From: Vescimonas sp.
GTDB taxonomy: Bacteria > Bacillota > Clostridia > Oscillospirales > Oscillospiraceae
DNA length: 51,702 nt
Assembly: GCA_045650885.1 (NCBI GenBank)
Contig: JAZRRQ010000012.1
Coordinates: 1-51,702 of the forward strand
Reading direction: 5' to 3'
Part shown: positions 38,331-47,621 of the stretch, piece by piece
Numbering within the stretch: position 1 is the stretch's first letter
Layout: each line of letters opens with the position of its first letter
The notes under the pieces: model-generated
Database searches by the model: none
What the model was told of the DNA's origin: nothing
The model's input: only the letters and a program-made list of their open reading frames with translations
Program-made: the position numbers and the translations under genes

Positions 38331-38828
38331 TTATTTTTGAGAAAATATATCCTGCAGCAGTCTCTTTCCGCTTGCCGTGCGGAAGATCCGTTCCTCCGTC
38401 GTCAGAATCGCCCGATAACGTTCGGGGAACTCATAAAGATTCACCAGGAAATCCGCCTCAATGAGGATCTGGTAATCCAGTCCCTCCACGTTAGCATAGG
38501 TGTGGTGATGCCCCACCAGGTACTTCACGCGATCGATCTGATCTTCGGTATAGCTACCCAGAGCACGCAGCAGCGTCTCCGCTTCGCCGGGGCCGATGGC
38601 TTCCTGCAGCTTACCGTCGCTGCGGCCATACTGCCGCTTGGCGTTGCGAATGCCGATATCGTGGACCAGCGCCGCTGTCTCTAAGATGAACTGTGTCTGC
38701 GCATCCAGCCCCTCCATCACACCGATGGCCGCGGCAAAGCCGTGGACTTTAGTGAAGTGGTGGATCAGCGCCGGCTCACGGTCATAGGCCGCCATGGCGG
38801 CCAACAACTCTGCCGTTTCCTTTCTCAT
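38331..38828 (-). CDS. HD-domain phosphohydrolase
   Basis: HFTKVH, ALVHDIG, GHHH, EADFLVN. Confidence 0.85.
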   Translation of the reverse strand: MRKETAELLAAMAAYDREPALIHHFTKVHGFAAAIGVMEGLDAQTQFILETAALVHDIGIRNAKRQYGRSDGKLQEAIGPGEAETLLRALGSYTEDQIDRVKYLVGHHHTYANVEGLDYQILIEADFLVNLYEFPERYRAILTTEERIFRTASGKRLLQDIFSQK

Positions 38829-39421
38829 TTTTTCTTCTCCTGAATCTCCACCTCAAAGATGGTGTCTTCCTTGTCGTAAAAGGCCAGAGCCTGATAAAGG
38901 TCCTGCTCCGTCTCCTCTTTGCGGCTGACAATCAGCATCACAGGCCGGTAGGAAACCACTACGATCGCCTCAGGACACATGACGCAGCAGCGGTAGTCCT
39001 CCCAGTCAAAGTGCGTTTCAATACCGGATTCGCTGCACTCGGTGATGCCGTCTTCATCAAAGGTGATCGTGCCTTCCCTGCCGCTGCTCTCCACATACAG
39101 CGTCCTGGCTTTTTCATAGGCTTTGCTGCTGGCATTCCACACGGCCCACAACCAGCCGCCCAGCAGAACGCACAGCGCCAGCAGCACGATCTTCACCACC
39201 GAAATACCGCCCACGGCCAGCAGCAGTCCCTGCAGCGCTGCAAGGGCGGCAAACAGCAAGGCCTGAATTTTCATTCTGCGCAGCGATTGGGAAAAAGACT
39301 GCACTTTGCCGCCGCGGTTTCGCAAAATCATGGCCGCGCCGGAGCTAATCCCCTGCCCCAAGTCAAAAATGCGTTCCTTGTTCTCCAGCACGTAGGGAAT
39401 CACAAAAGTCTGCGTATCCAT
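38825..39421 (-). CDS. Two-TM membrane protein with a YcxB-like C-terminal domain
   Basis: Two TM helices, then ITFDEDGI...FDWEDY; RBS AAGGAG. Confidence 0.65.
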   Translation of the reverse strand: MDTQTFVIPYVLENKERIFDLGQGISSGAAMILRNRGGKVQSFSQSLRRMKIQALLFAALAALQGLLLAVGGISVVKIVLLALCVLLGGWLWAVWNASSKAYEKARTLYVESSGREGTITFDEDGITECSESGIETHFDWEDYRCCVMCPEAIVVVSYRPVMLIVSRKEETEQDLYQALAFYDKEDTIFEVEIQEKKK

Positions 39422-39465
39422 TGATCTGCTCCTTTTCCACCAGCGCGATCAGCCGCGCACCTTAC

Positions 39466-39711
39466 TTACCGCAGCGCCTCTTCCAGTGCCTGAGCCAACT
39501 GGTCAGGGCAAGAGGTGCTCTTCATACCGCAGCGGATACCGCGCATACGTTCAATGGCGTCCTCTGCCTTCATGCCGCGCACCAGCGCGCTGATGCCCTG
39601 CAGATTTCCGTTGCAGCCACCGAGGATCTGAACATCACGAATCACGCCGTCTTCCAGTTCAACGGTCATACGCTGGGCGCACACACCCTTGGGACGATAG
39701 GTATAAGTCAT
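39466..39711 (-). CDS. Small TSCPD-domain protein
   Basis: YRPKGVC, GGCNGNLQGI, GIRCG, TSCPDQLA; promoter TTGTCA-17-TATAAT upstream. Confidence 0.88.
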   Translation of the reverse strand: MTYTYRPKGVCAQRMTVELEDGVIRDVQILGGCNGNLQGISALVRGMKAEDAIERMRGIRCGMKSTSCPDQLAQALEEALR

Positions 39712-39942
39712 AACAATTACTCCTTTGTGTTTGATCATGGTTGGTCTTATTATATCTCGTCAGCACGTAATTGACAAGTTTTTTGCTGTGCCATTCTCCC
39801 CCATCGCCATTGGAACGCAACAATTGGAGCCGGCAAATTTTCATCCGTCGCCTTATTATACACCGCTCCACCCACGACTATGGCGCCGCACGGAATCTTT
39901 TGCATTTCGTACGCCCCGTTTTTCTGCAGTTAAACAGAGCAA

Positions 39943-41211
39943 TCACAAAACAACCCGCAGGGAGAAAATATGATCCTGTACATCGAACTGACAATGGCCG
40001 CCCAGCCGCTCCGTCATATAGCGGATGCTCTTTGTTCCGTAGCCGTGACCGGCTTTCGGGGACAGCGGCAAGCCATCTGCAAAAGCAGGAACCGTACCGG
40101 TGGGATTTTTCACAGAGAGCAGCAGCTTGCCCTTGAGAAACTTCAGCATCAATTTGACATACCGCCGCTCTTCCGGCAGTTCTTTCTGTGCATTTAATGC
40201 ATTATCCAGGGCATTGGACAGGATCGTGGAAAAAACAATATCGTCTACCGGAAGATCCTCTACACCAATCACGTAGGTGAAATCCACTTTTTCTTCCTTG
40301 CATTTGGCGGCAAAGGCGGAAAGAACGCAATTCACCACCGCATTTTTGCAATAATGCTCCACCTTGGTGCCGGTCACATAGTCGGAATAGTGCGAGATGA
40401 TCTCCTGCGCTGTTTTGGTGTCTCCGCTCTCAATACAAACCGAGAGGTTACTCAAAATCATGCGCATATCGTGCCTCAGCAGGCGCAGTTCCCGTTCACT
40501 GCGTTTCACCGCCTCCAGGTCACGGCTTTGCTGCTCCACCGCCACACGGATAAGCTGCTCTTTCTGTTCGGCATCCGCTTTCTGCTCATATTGCTCGTAA
40601 TAGACAACGCAAAAGAGAAAGAACACCACACAGAGGAAAAAGGGCAGAAACTCGATGGCTACGCGGTTGTTGCTGGTCCAGAAGTCTGTATAGACGCCCA
40701 TAGAATAGTCGTACAGATAGTAGATGATCGGCACGCTTCCGAAAATCAAGGCACTTTTCGGATCCTTATGAAACAGCTTGGAAAAGGTGGGTGCAAGATA
40801 GACCAAGACAACAATTGCCACCAGCATCAATGCTATCATGCGCGTAACATATTCTGCCACAACGCTTTTTGTCAAACTGGCAGCCAAAAGTCCCATCCAC
40901 TTGGACGGCTGGCAGCACAGATACGCAGAAAAAACGGCAGACAGCGCCGTAACGATGCCCTTACGGTAATGCAAACACAGCACCAGCACCGTTGGCACAT
41001 GGATCATCACCGGATAGAGTTTCCACACCAGTAACTCGTCAAAAGATAAGTAGACAACAAGCTGCAGGAGTCCGCAAAAAAGCACAAGTCCACCCAACAC
41101 CATATAGTTCCGCCTTTGGAACAGCTGAATACCGGCAAAGGAAAAGGAGAGCAGAAGGCCAAAGGGCAGCAGCAAAACATAATGCGCAAAATAGAGGAGA
41201 GATTCCAGCAC
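39943..41211 (-). CDS. AgrC-like (HPK10) multi-TM GHKL sensor kinase
   Basis: About 7 TM segments; LRHDMR H-box, SNALDNA, GHGYGTKSI; start GTG 41211 preferred (alternative 41277). Confidence 0.88.
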   Translation of the reverse strand: MLESLLYFAHYVLLLPFGLLLSFSFAGIQLFQRRNYMVLGGLVLFCGLLQLVVYLSFDELLVWKLYPVMIHVPTVLVLCLHYRKGIVTALSAVFSAYLCCQPSKWMGLLAASLTKSVVAEYVTRMIALMLVAIVVLVYLAPTFSKLFHKDPKSALIFGSVPIIYYLYDYSMGVYTDFWTSNNRVAIEFLPFFLCVVFFLFCVVYYEQYEQKADAEQKEQLIRVAVEQQSRDLEAVKRSERELRLLRHDMRMILSNLSVCIESGDTKTAQEIISHYSDYVTGTKVEHYCKNAVVNCVLSAFAAKCKEEKVDFTYVIGVEDLPVDDIVFSTILSNALDNALNAQKELPEERRYVKLMLKFLKGKLLLSVKNPTGTVPAFADGLPLSPKAGHGYGTKSIRYMTERLGGHCQFDVQDHIFSLRVVL

Positions 41212-41280
41212 GAAAACATCACCCACTTCATCAAAATCAGATCGGGACATGACGGGCCCGATTGGCTGCAGATACACCGC

Positions 41281-42006
41281 TTAAAGTGATTCCGCCTCCG
41301 CGAAAAGGTAATCCATATACACCTGTCGGACATTGGAATACAGCAGACGGGAGATCGGGATGGTCTCACCGCCAAAAGTGACAAACGAGTCGGCGGTCAG
41401 CTCTGACATGTGCCAGAGATTGACAATATAGGAGCGATGCACTTTCAGAAAATTACTGTGAGACAGCAAGTTGGGTTCATATTCAGCCAACGATGCGCGA
41501 CTCTGGCGTACAGATCCGTCATTCATGTGGAAATAAAGGAATTTATCGCGAACTTCTACATAAGCCAGGGCAGAAAGCAGGATCTTTGCCGCCCCGGAAG
41601 TGGTTTTGATATGGAGACTTTCAGACCTCTTATAGTCTTCCGAAACCAGACGGTCCATCAAAGCAACGAATCGCTGACGGTTGACAGGCTTGAGAAGGTA
41701 GTCCATGGCATTGACGGCATAACCCTCCACAGCGTAGTCCGGCGAAGAGGTCAGAAACACAATTTTCACATCAGAGTCAAATGTACGGATGGCGCGGGCT
41801 GCTTCCATACCGCTGACACCCGGCATCAGGATATCCAGCAAAAGCAGGCCATACTCCTCCGTATGCATGGAAGAGACCATCTCCGATGCACTTAAAAACG
41901 TGCGCCAGGAGATCGGGGCACGTGTCTGTTTGCGGTAGTCCTCCAGCAAGCGGACAATGCGGTCCAACGCCAAAGAATTATCGTCACAAATGGCAATATG
42001 CAGCAT
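41281..42006 (-). CDS. LytTR-family response regulator
   Basis: IAICDD, LLDILMP, DYLLKP, FLKVHRSYIVN, IPISR. Confidence 0.95.
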   Translation of the reverse strand: MLHIAICDDNSLALDRIVRLLEDYRKQTRAPISWRTFLSASEMVSSMHTEEYGLLLLDILMPGVSGMEAARAIRTFDSDVKIVFLTSSPDYAVEGYAVNAMDYLLKPVNRQRFVALMDRLVSEDYKRSESLHIKTTSGAAKILLSALAYVEVRDKFLYFHMNDGSVRQSRASLAEYEPNLLSHSNFLKVHRSYIVNLWHMSELTADSFVTFGGETIPISRLLYSNVRQVYMDYLFAEAESL

Positions 42007-42075
42007 AACCCACGTCCCTTCCTACAAATTATCTGCATTATACCATCAAGAAAACTGTTTTTCCACCACCATTTG

Positions 42076-42143
42076 ACATTTCACGCCACGGGCGCTACAT
42101 TTCGCGCCATTTTTAACACAAGGGGCAACGGGCGTGCTATAAT
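42076..42143 (+). promoter_or_regulatory. LytTR-type direct repeat and extended -10 promoter
   Basis: ACATTTCACGCCA (42076) and ACATTTCGCGCCA (42097), 21 bp apart; TGcTATAAT 42135-42143. Confidence 0.7.
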
Positions 42144-42175
42144 GCCCACAATATTAGAAGGTAGGAGAAGCAGGC

Positions 42176-43096
42176 ATGAATGGCTATATTGGCAGTGTAA
42201 GATTTTTCAAAAATCTGATCTTGCTGTTGGTGATTGTATTTATCACGGTCCCCACCGTCTTTTCTTTCCGTTATAAAGCGGAAGTTGCCAATTTGGAAGA
42301 TCAGTTGGCGCAGCAGCAGGCACAGCAAGCGGCCGACAGCGAAAGGCTGAATCAGAAAATCCAGGAACTGGAGACGGAGCTCAACACAATCCATATCGAT
42401 CCCGAGGGTCCGGAATACCAGAACCTGTACCCGGATTTTTACGCGCCGCAAAAGCTGTCCGCCATGACGAAAGAAGAAAATGTCATCTACCTGACATTTG
42501 ATGACGGCCCGTCTGCGCGCACCCCCGAAGTGCTGCAGATTCTGCGGCAAGAAAATGTGAAGGCAACCTTCTTCGTCATCGGAAAGGACAGCGAAACCCG
42601 CAGACAATGGATGCGCGACATCGTCAACGACGGCCACACCATCGCCATGCACACCTATACCCATGACTACGACGACGTCTACGCCTCCGTGGAGGATTAT
42701 CTGGCGGACATGTATCAGATCTTCACCATGATCAAAGAGGCAACCGGTGTCACGCCCACCCATTTCCGTATGCCCGGCGGCAGCGTCAACGGCTACAACT
42801 ACGAAGTGAGCCAGGACATCATCTCCGAAATGCTGCGGCGCGGTTTCGTCCCCTATGACTGGAATATCTCCAGCGGCGATGCCTCCAGCGGCGGCGCAAC
42901 GGCAGACGACATTCTCAGTAACGTCCTGCGCGGCGCCGGCGGAAGCCGCGGCATCGTTCTTATGCACGATTCCATCGCAAAATACTCCACTGTAGAAGCG
43001 CTGCGCTCCGTGATCCGGACTCTGCGGGAGATGGGCTACACCTTCGACAGGTTGCAGCCGGATACCGCCCCCATCCTGTTTTCGTACGCGCACTAA
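42176..43096 (+). CDS. Membrane-anchored polysaccharide deacetylase (CE4/NodB) with a coiled-coil stalk
   Basis: YLTFDDGP, HTYTH, FRMPGGS, DWN, VLMHD; N-terminal TM and Gln-rich coil. Confidence 0.92.
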   Translation: MNGYIGSVRFFKNLILLLVIVFITVPTVFSFRYKAEVANLEDQLAQQQAQQAADSERLNQKIQELETELNTIHIDPEGPEYQNLYPDFYAPQKLSAMTKEENVIYLTFDDGPSARTPEVLQILRQENVKATFFVIGKDSETRRQWMRDIVNDGHTIAMHTYTHDYDDVYASVEDYLADMYQIFTMIKEATGVTPTHFRMPGGSVNGYNYEVSQDIISEMLRRGFVPYDWNISSGDASSGGATADDILSNVLRGAGGSRGIVLMHDSIAKYSTVEALRSVIRTLREMGYTFDRLQPDTAPILFSYAH

Positions 43097-43170
43097 CTGC
43101 CCTTAAAGTTCAAATAAACGCAATTTCTATTCTTTTACTTAACAAAATTAAATTTTAGGAGGAAATAAAA

Positions 43171-43749
43171 ATGGGCGCAAAGGAAAATCTCAACGAAGCT
43201 ATGTTCAGCATGTTTGGTGTCGGTAAGGCTCCCGCCACCGATACTTCCACTGCAGCAGAAATGCCCGCAGTCGAACCTGTTGCCAAACCTGCAGCTCCTG
43301 CTCCCGCTCCCGCAGCCATCAAACCCGTCACCTATCTGGCTCCCGGCTCCTGCATGGAAGGTAAGCTCAAGTGTCAGGGCGACGTGGATATCGCCGGCAT
43401 CTTCAAGGGCGACATTGAGGCCGAGGGCAAAGTAAAGATCTGCGCCAACGTAGCCGGCAACATCAAGGCCGCCACGCTGGAGCTGAAGAATTGCCGCCTG
43501 ACCGGCGACGTAGAGGTAACCGGTCTCGTCACTCTCGACGAAAAGGCCGTTGTGGAAGGCAAGATCACTGCTGGCGAACTGGTCTGCTTTGGCCGCATCA
43601 AGGGTGATTTGGACATCAAGACCAACGTAGCTCTCAAGGCAAACTCCACGGTAGAGGGCAACATCATCACCGGCACCATGTCCATGGAATCCGGCGCCAT
43701 CATCAACGGCAGCCTGCTGATGAAGGCCGCCGCCCAGAGCGAGAAGTAA
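43171..43749 (+). CDS. Bactofilin (polymer-forming cytoskeletal protein)
   Basis: Repeating GDI/GNI/GDV beta-helix rungs; Pro/Ala linker; RBS AGGAGG. Confidence 0.88.
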   Translation: MGAKENLNEAMFSMFGVGKAPATDTSTAAEMPAVEPVAKPAAPAPAPAAIKPVTYLAPGSCMEGKLKCQGDVDIAGIFKGDIEAEGKVKICANVAGNIKAATLELKNCRLTGDVEVTGLVTLDEKAVVEGKITAGELVCFGRIKGDLDIKTNVALKANSTVEGNIITGTMSMESGAIINGSLLMKAAAQSEK

Positions 43750-43798
43750 TCCTCACAGGTAGCCCCGGCACTATGCCAAAACGGAAGGAGTTTTCTCT

Positions 43799-44110
43799 GT
43801 GATACCGTTCCTTGTTCTTATTGCAATTGCCAGCATCTTTGCTTTGCTGATCTTGTGGTGCTATATCACCAAGCAAGAATTGCGCCAGAAAATGGACATG
43901 GTCAAAAGTGCGGAAAGCCAGTTAAAGGCCTACGAAGAAACACTGCTGGGGATGGAAGATGTGGCGCAAAATGACCAGGCGCAGGCTGTTGCGGCGCGGT
44001 GTCGCGACATCTACGCGCAGGCCGTCATTTTGTATAATGAAACCCTCAGCCGCCCCATCTACCGCATTCCGGCAGCAGTCTTGCAGTATCGCTCGATTAA
44101 GCTGAAGTAA
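43799..44110 (+). CDS. Small TM plus coiled-coil protein, weakly LemA-like
   Basis: N-terminal TM; C-terminal YAQAVILYNETLSRPIYRIPAAVL resembles the LemA tail; GTG start after GGAAGGAG. Confidence 0.6.
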   Translation: MIPFLVLIAIASIFALLILWCYITKQELRQKMDMVKSAESQLKAYEETLLGMEDVAQNDQAQAVAARCRDIYAQAVILYNETLSRPIYRIPAAVLQYRSIKLK

Positions 44111-44116
44111 ACATCA

Positions 44117-44154
44117 AGAACCCTCACAGGACATCCTGTGAGGGTTCTTTTTTT
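44117..44154. terminator. Intrinsic terminator
   Basis: AAGAACCCTCACAGG-acat-CCTGTGAGGGTTCTTTTTT. Confidence 0.9.
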
Positions 44155-44362
44155 AGGACATGCTGCATTGTCTTTTATGCATCTTTGCAGAAAAACTCCT
44201 CCGGTCTGCCGGGTTTTGTGTCCCAATCAACCGAAGGAGTTTATTGCACTCTATGGTGAGAGTTTATCCACATGAAGGCCTGTTTTCATTCCGAATTTGC
44301 AGAATTGGTCGGAATCAGCGATCACGCCAAATCCCGCAAACCCTTGTGCCTCAAAGGTTTCC

Positions 44363-45124
44363 TTACGCGCGCTTGCGCTTCATCTGTAACTGCAATCTGT
44401 CTGCAATGAGGGCGATGAACTCACTATTGGTGGGTTTGCCCTTGGCGGAGTTGACGGTATAGCCGAAGTAGTGCTGCAGCGTCTCCAGATCGCCACGATC
44501 CCATGCCACCTCGATGGCATGGCGGATGGCGCGCTCCACACGGGAAGGCGTGGTGGCAAAGCGCTTGGCCACCTCGGGATAGAGCACCTTGGTGACGGCA
44601 TTGATCACATCCATATCGTCCACGGCGATCATGATGGCTTCGCGCAGGTACTGATAGCCCTTGATGTGGGCGGGGACGCCGATCTCATGGATAATGCCGG
44701 TCACAAGGCCTTCCAACGCGGGAGCATGTACCTCCTCCCGCTCCTCCTGAGGGTTGACGGCACGGCGCATATGCTCCATCAAAGAGCTGTCGGAAACCGG
44801 CTTAGGCAGGAAAAAGTAAACGCCCAAATCCGTTGCCTGCTGCACCATACGGTCACTGCAGAAGGAGGACGTGACGATGACCTGCGGCATCTCCGCCTGC
44901 ATTGCCTGCAAACGGTTGAGTACCCCGAACCCATCCAGTCCGGGAAGCACCAGATCCATGATCACCAGCTGCGGCTTGCGTTCAAGTGCCATTTGCACCA
45001 ACTGCTCGCCATCACCGGTGCTGCCCACCACACAAAATTCACCCGTTTCTTCTATTGTATCTTTCAGCAAAATGCGAAACTCTTCACTGGCGTCTGCCAA
45101 GATCACGCGTACTTCGTTTGCCAT
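44363..45124 (-). CDS. spo0A: Stage 0 sporulation master regulator
   Basis: Receiver domain; [52 protein letters not shown]. Confidence 0.98.
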   Translation of the reverse strand: MANEVRVILADASEEFRILLKDTIEETGEFCVVGSTGDGEQLVQMALERKPQLVIMDLVLPGLDGFGVLNRLQAMQAEMPQVIVTSSFCSDRMVQQATDLGVYFFLPKPVSDSSLMEHMRRAVNPQEEREEVHAPALEGLVTGIIHEIGVPAHIKGYQYLREAIMIAVDDMDVINAVTKVLYPEVAKRFATTPSRVERAIRHAIEVAWDRGDLETLQHYFGYTVNSAKGKPTNSEFIALIADRLQLQMKRKRA

Positions 45125-45205
45125 ATGATCCCTGTCCTTTTCCACTCATTTTTCGCGTTTTGCTCCGCCGGAGGGCCAATCTCCTCCATCGCCGGAGCTG
45201 TATAT

Positions 45206-45315
45206 AATATATCACATTGAGACATATTTTTCAAGGCAAAATTCCGCCAATTCCACATATTTTATCGACAAATTCCGCACTTTTTAACTTCGTCAACTTT
45301 CAACATCTTTCGACA
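45206..45315 (-). promoter_or_regulatory. spo0A sigma-A promoter and upstream 0A boxes
   Basis: TTGAAA, 17 nt, TATATT (45234-45206); TGTCGAA 45309-45315, TGACGAA 45289-45295 and near matches. Confidence 0.7.
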
Positions 45316-45335
45316 AATCTGTAAAAAATTACCAA

Positions 45336-45548
45336 TCATTTCACCAGGCCGCGACGGTATTCGGCATTGATCTCATGCAGTTCCTTTTCCCCGTCGATAT
45401 ACGGGCGATAGATCTCCTCCACACGACCGCCACCCAGGTTGCCGCAGCTGCTGCAGCCGTCGCAGCTATCACCGCAAGCGGACAGGCCGCGACGCACGAT
45501 CTCTTCACGCTGCGCGCGGGTGGTATCCTTGATCAACATAGATTTCAT
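45336..45548 (-). CDS. Small Cys-rich hypothetical protein (70 aa)
   Basis: RBS AAAGGAGG; CGDSCDGCSSC cluster; YRPYIDGEKEL. Confidence 0.75.
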   Translation of the reverse strand: MKSMLIKDTTRAQREEIVRRGLSACGDSCDGCSSCGNLGGGRVEEIYRPYIDGEKELHEINAEYRRGLVK

Positions 45549-45679
45549 CTGCTTCCTCCTTTCACCAAAAGTTGCTCATAGCATGACCGGCGGCAAGGCG
45601 GATTATCCCACGCTTTCCTTGACGGACGACGTATTTTTCTTTATGATAGCAATAGAATCATTGGCAGGAGGCGTATTTT

Positions 45680-46495
45680 ATGCGTTACGAACAGGTTTTG
45701 GAAAGTGCTGCCTATATCCGCTCCGTTACCGCGCAGCAGCCCACACTGTGCATCATTCTCGGCAGCGGACTGGGCGGCTTGGTGGATGTGATAGCGAACA
45801 AAACCGTGATCCCCTACGGCGATATTCCGCATTTCCCCCAGTCCACGGTCCCCGGCCACGCCGGCAATCTGGTGATCGGCTGTATCGGCAGCACCACCGT
45901 GGTTGCCATGCAGGGTCGTTTCCACTACTACGAGGGCTTTACCATGGATCAGGTAACCTATCCGCTCTACGTCATGAAGCTGCTGGGCGTTACCAGTCTC
46001 ATCGTCACCAACGCCTGTGGCGGCGTGAACCGCAGCTTCGCCCCCGGCGATTTGATGCTCATTACTGACTACATCAGCTTCATGGCCCCTAATCCCCTCA
46101 TCGGACACAATGACGAACGATTTGGTCCCCGCTTCCCTGACATGACGGAAGCTTATTCCCGTCGCCTGATGGCTAAAGCGGACGAGCTGGCTGCCTCGCT
46201 GGGTTTCTCGCTGCAGCGCGGCGTGTACGCCCTGTTTTCCGGTCCCTGCTTTGAAACAGCGGCGGAGATCCGCGCCTTTGCAGCGCTGGGTGCAGACGCG
46301 GTGGGCATGTCCACCGTGCCGGAGACCATCGTGGCTAACTATCTGGGAATGGAGGTGCTGGGCATTTCCTGCATCACCAATATGGCCACCGGCATCGCCG
46401 AGAAGAAACACTCTCACGAGGCAGTGATCCGCACTGCCAACGAAGCCGGCGAAAAGCTGTGCGCACTGGTAGAAAAGCTGGTGCAAAGCTGGTAA
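45680..46495 (+). CDS. punA: Purine-nucleoside phosphorylase (trimeric PunA/XapA type)
   Basis: ILGSGLG, QGRFHYYEG, TNACGG, GPCFETAAE, VGMSTVPE. Confidence 0.93.
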   Translation: MRYEQVLESAAYIRSVTAQQPTLCIILGSGLGGLVDVIANKTVIPYGDIPHFPQSTVPGHAGNLVIGCIGSTTVVAMQGRFHYYEGFTMDQVTYPLYVMKLLGVTSLIVTNACGGVNRSFAPGDLMLITDYISFMAPNPLIGHNDERFGPRFPDMTEAYSRRLMAKADELAASLGFSLQRGVYALFSGPCFETAAEIRAFAALGADAVGMSTVPETIVANYLGMEVLGISCITNMATGIAEKKHSHEAVIRTANEAGEKLCALVEKLVQSW

Positions 46496-46500
46496 ACAAG

Positions 46501-46532
46501 AAAACGGACAGTCTACGGACTGTCCGTTTTTT
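46501..46532. terminator. Bidirectional terminator
   Basis: AAAACGGACAGTC-tacg-GACTGTCCGTTTTT. Confidence 0.9.
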
Positions 46533-46542
46533 ATACGAATTG

Positions 46543-47475
46543 TTAGTCTTCCACATCCACGTCCAGGCCGATCTCCTGAGGGCGGAAGCGAGGGCAGACA
46601 TTCTCCGACGAGGTAATGACGCTGGCTGCCAGATAGGTGCCGATATCCACCGCCTCACCCAACGTCTTGCCATAGGTCAGGCCAATAGACACACCGGCGC
46701 AGAACGCATCACCGGCACCGGTGGTATCCACCACCTGCACGCTGCGGGCAGGGCATATGCCGCTGACACCGTTGCAGTCGGCGTAAACGGCGCCCTTGCT
46801 GCCCATGGTAACAACCATGGAGGGGAACTTGGCCTGCAGCACCTTCTCCTGCAGGATATCGCACATTTCGTCCGGAGTCTTATCCGAATAGTCATCCAAA
46901 AACAGCTGACCGGCCTCCTGCTGATTGCAGATGAAACAATCAAACTTCTGCAAAAAGTCCCGGCGCTTGAGGGCAATGCCCATGTTGGAAACCAGCGCAA
47001 AGAGCTTGGTATGATGCTTTTCCGCCAGCTCCAGCACCTTTTTGACAATCTCCTTGTCCAGATCCACTTCCAGCACGACACCTTTGACAGAAGAAAAAAT
47101 CTCATCGCCCTTTTCTTCCAGCAGATCCAGAATCGGCAGCATGTTGGGCCGCTTGGAAATGGAACCGGCGACATCGCCCTCCTCATTAAATACAGCCACC
47201 CAAGTACCCATGCCGTCGGGAATGGTCATCATATAATCGGTCTTCACCTTATGGTTGCGCAGCTTCTCCAGCACAGCAGCTCCCATGGGCGTATCATCTA
47301 CAATGCTGACAAAAGTCGGCCGCAATTCCATATTGGCAATATCTTCCACCACATTGCGGGCCACACCGCCGTGGATATACTCCACACGACCCGCATTTCG
47401 GCCATTGGGAATGTAGTGATCAAAGGGGAAACCCTTGATGTCGACAAATACAGCACCGATGACGGCAATACTCAT
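46543..47475 (-). CDS. PfkB-family carbohydrate/nucleoside kinase
   Basis: GGVARNV, NQQEA, VTMGSKG, VVDTTGAGDAF. Confidence 0.92.
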   Translation of the reverse strand: MSIAVIGAVFVDIKGFPFDHYIPNGRNAGRVEYIHGGVARNVVEDIANMELRPTFVSIVDDTPMGAAVLEKLRNHKVKTDYMMTIPDGMGTWVAVFNEEGDVAGSISKRPNMLPILDLLEEKGDEIFSSVKGVVLEVDLDKEIVKKVLELAEKHHTKLFALVSNMGIALKRRDFLQKFDCFICNQQEAGQLFLDDYSDKTPDEMCDILQEKVLQAKFPSMVVTMGSKGAVYADCNGVSGICPARSVQVVDTTGAGDAFCAGVSIGLTYGKTLGEAVDIGTYLAASVITSSENVCPRFRPQEIGLDVDVED

Positions 47476-47621
47476 ACGATCGCTCCTTTGCGCAATTGAT
47501 TGTGTCTATCATACCATATTTGCGTCGAAAAGCAATGAAAATTGGATGGAAGATTTGACACCATTCTCTCTGCGCACTATAATGGCAGGTGAATAAAGAA
47601 ATTCCGCAAAGGAGATTCCCC

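Noticed and set aside
44190-44362. Imperfect inverted repeats after spo0A (44193-44242 and 44338-44360) as ncRNA or element ends
   Set aside because: Single copy, imperfect, with no partner site or integrase; could be weak terminators
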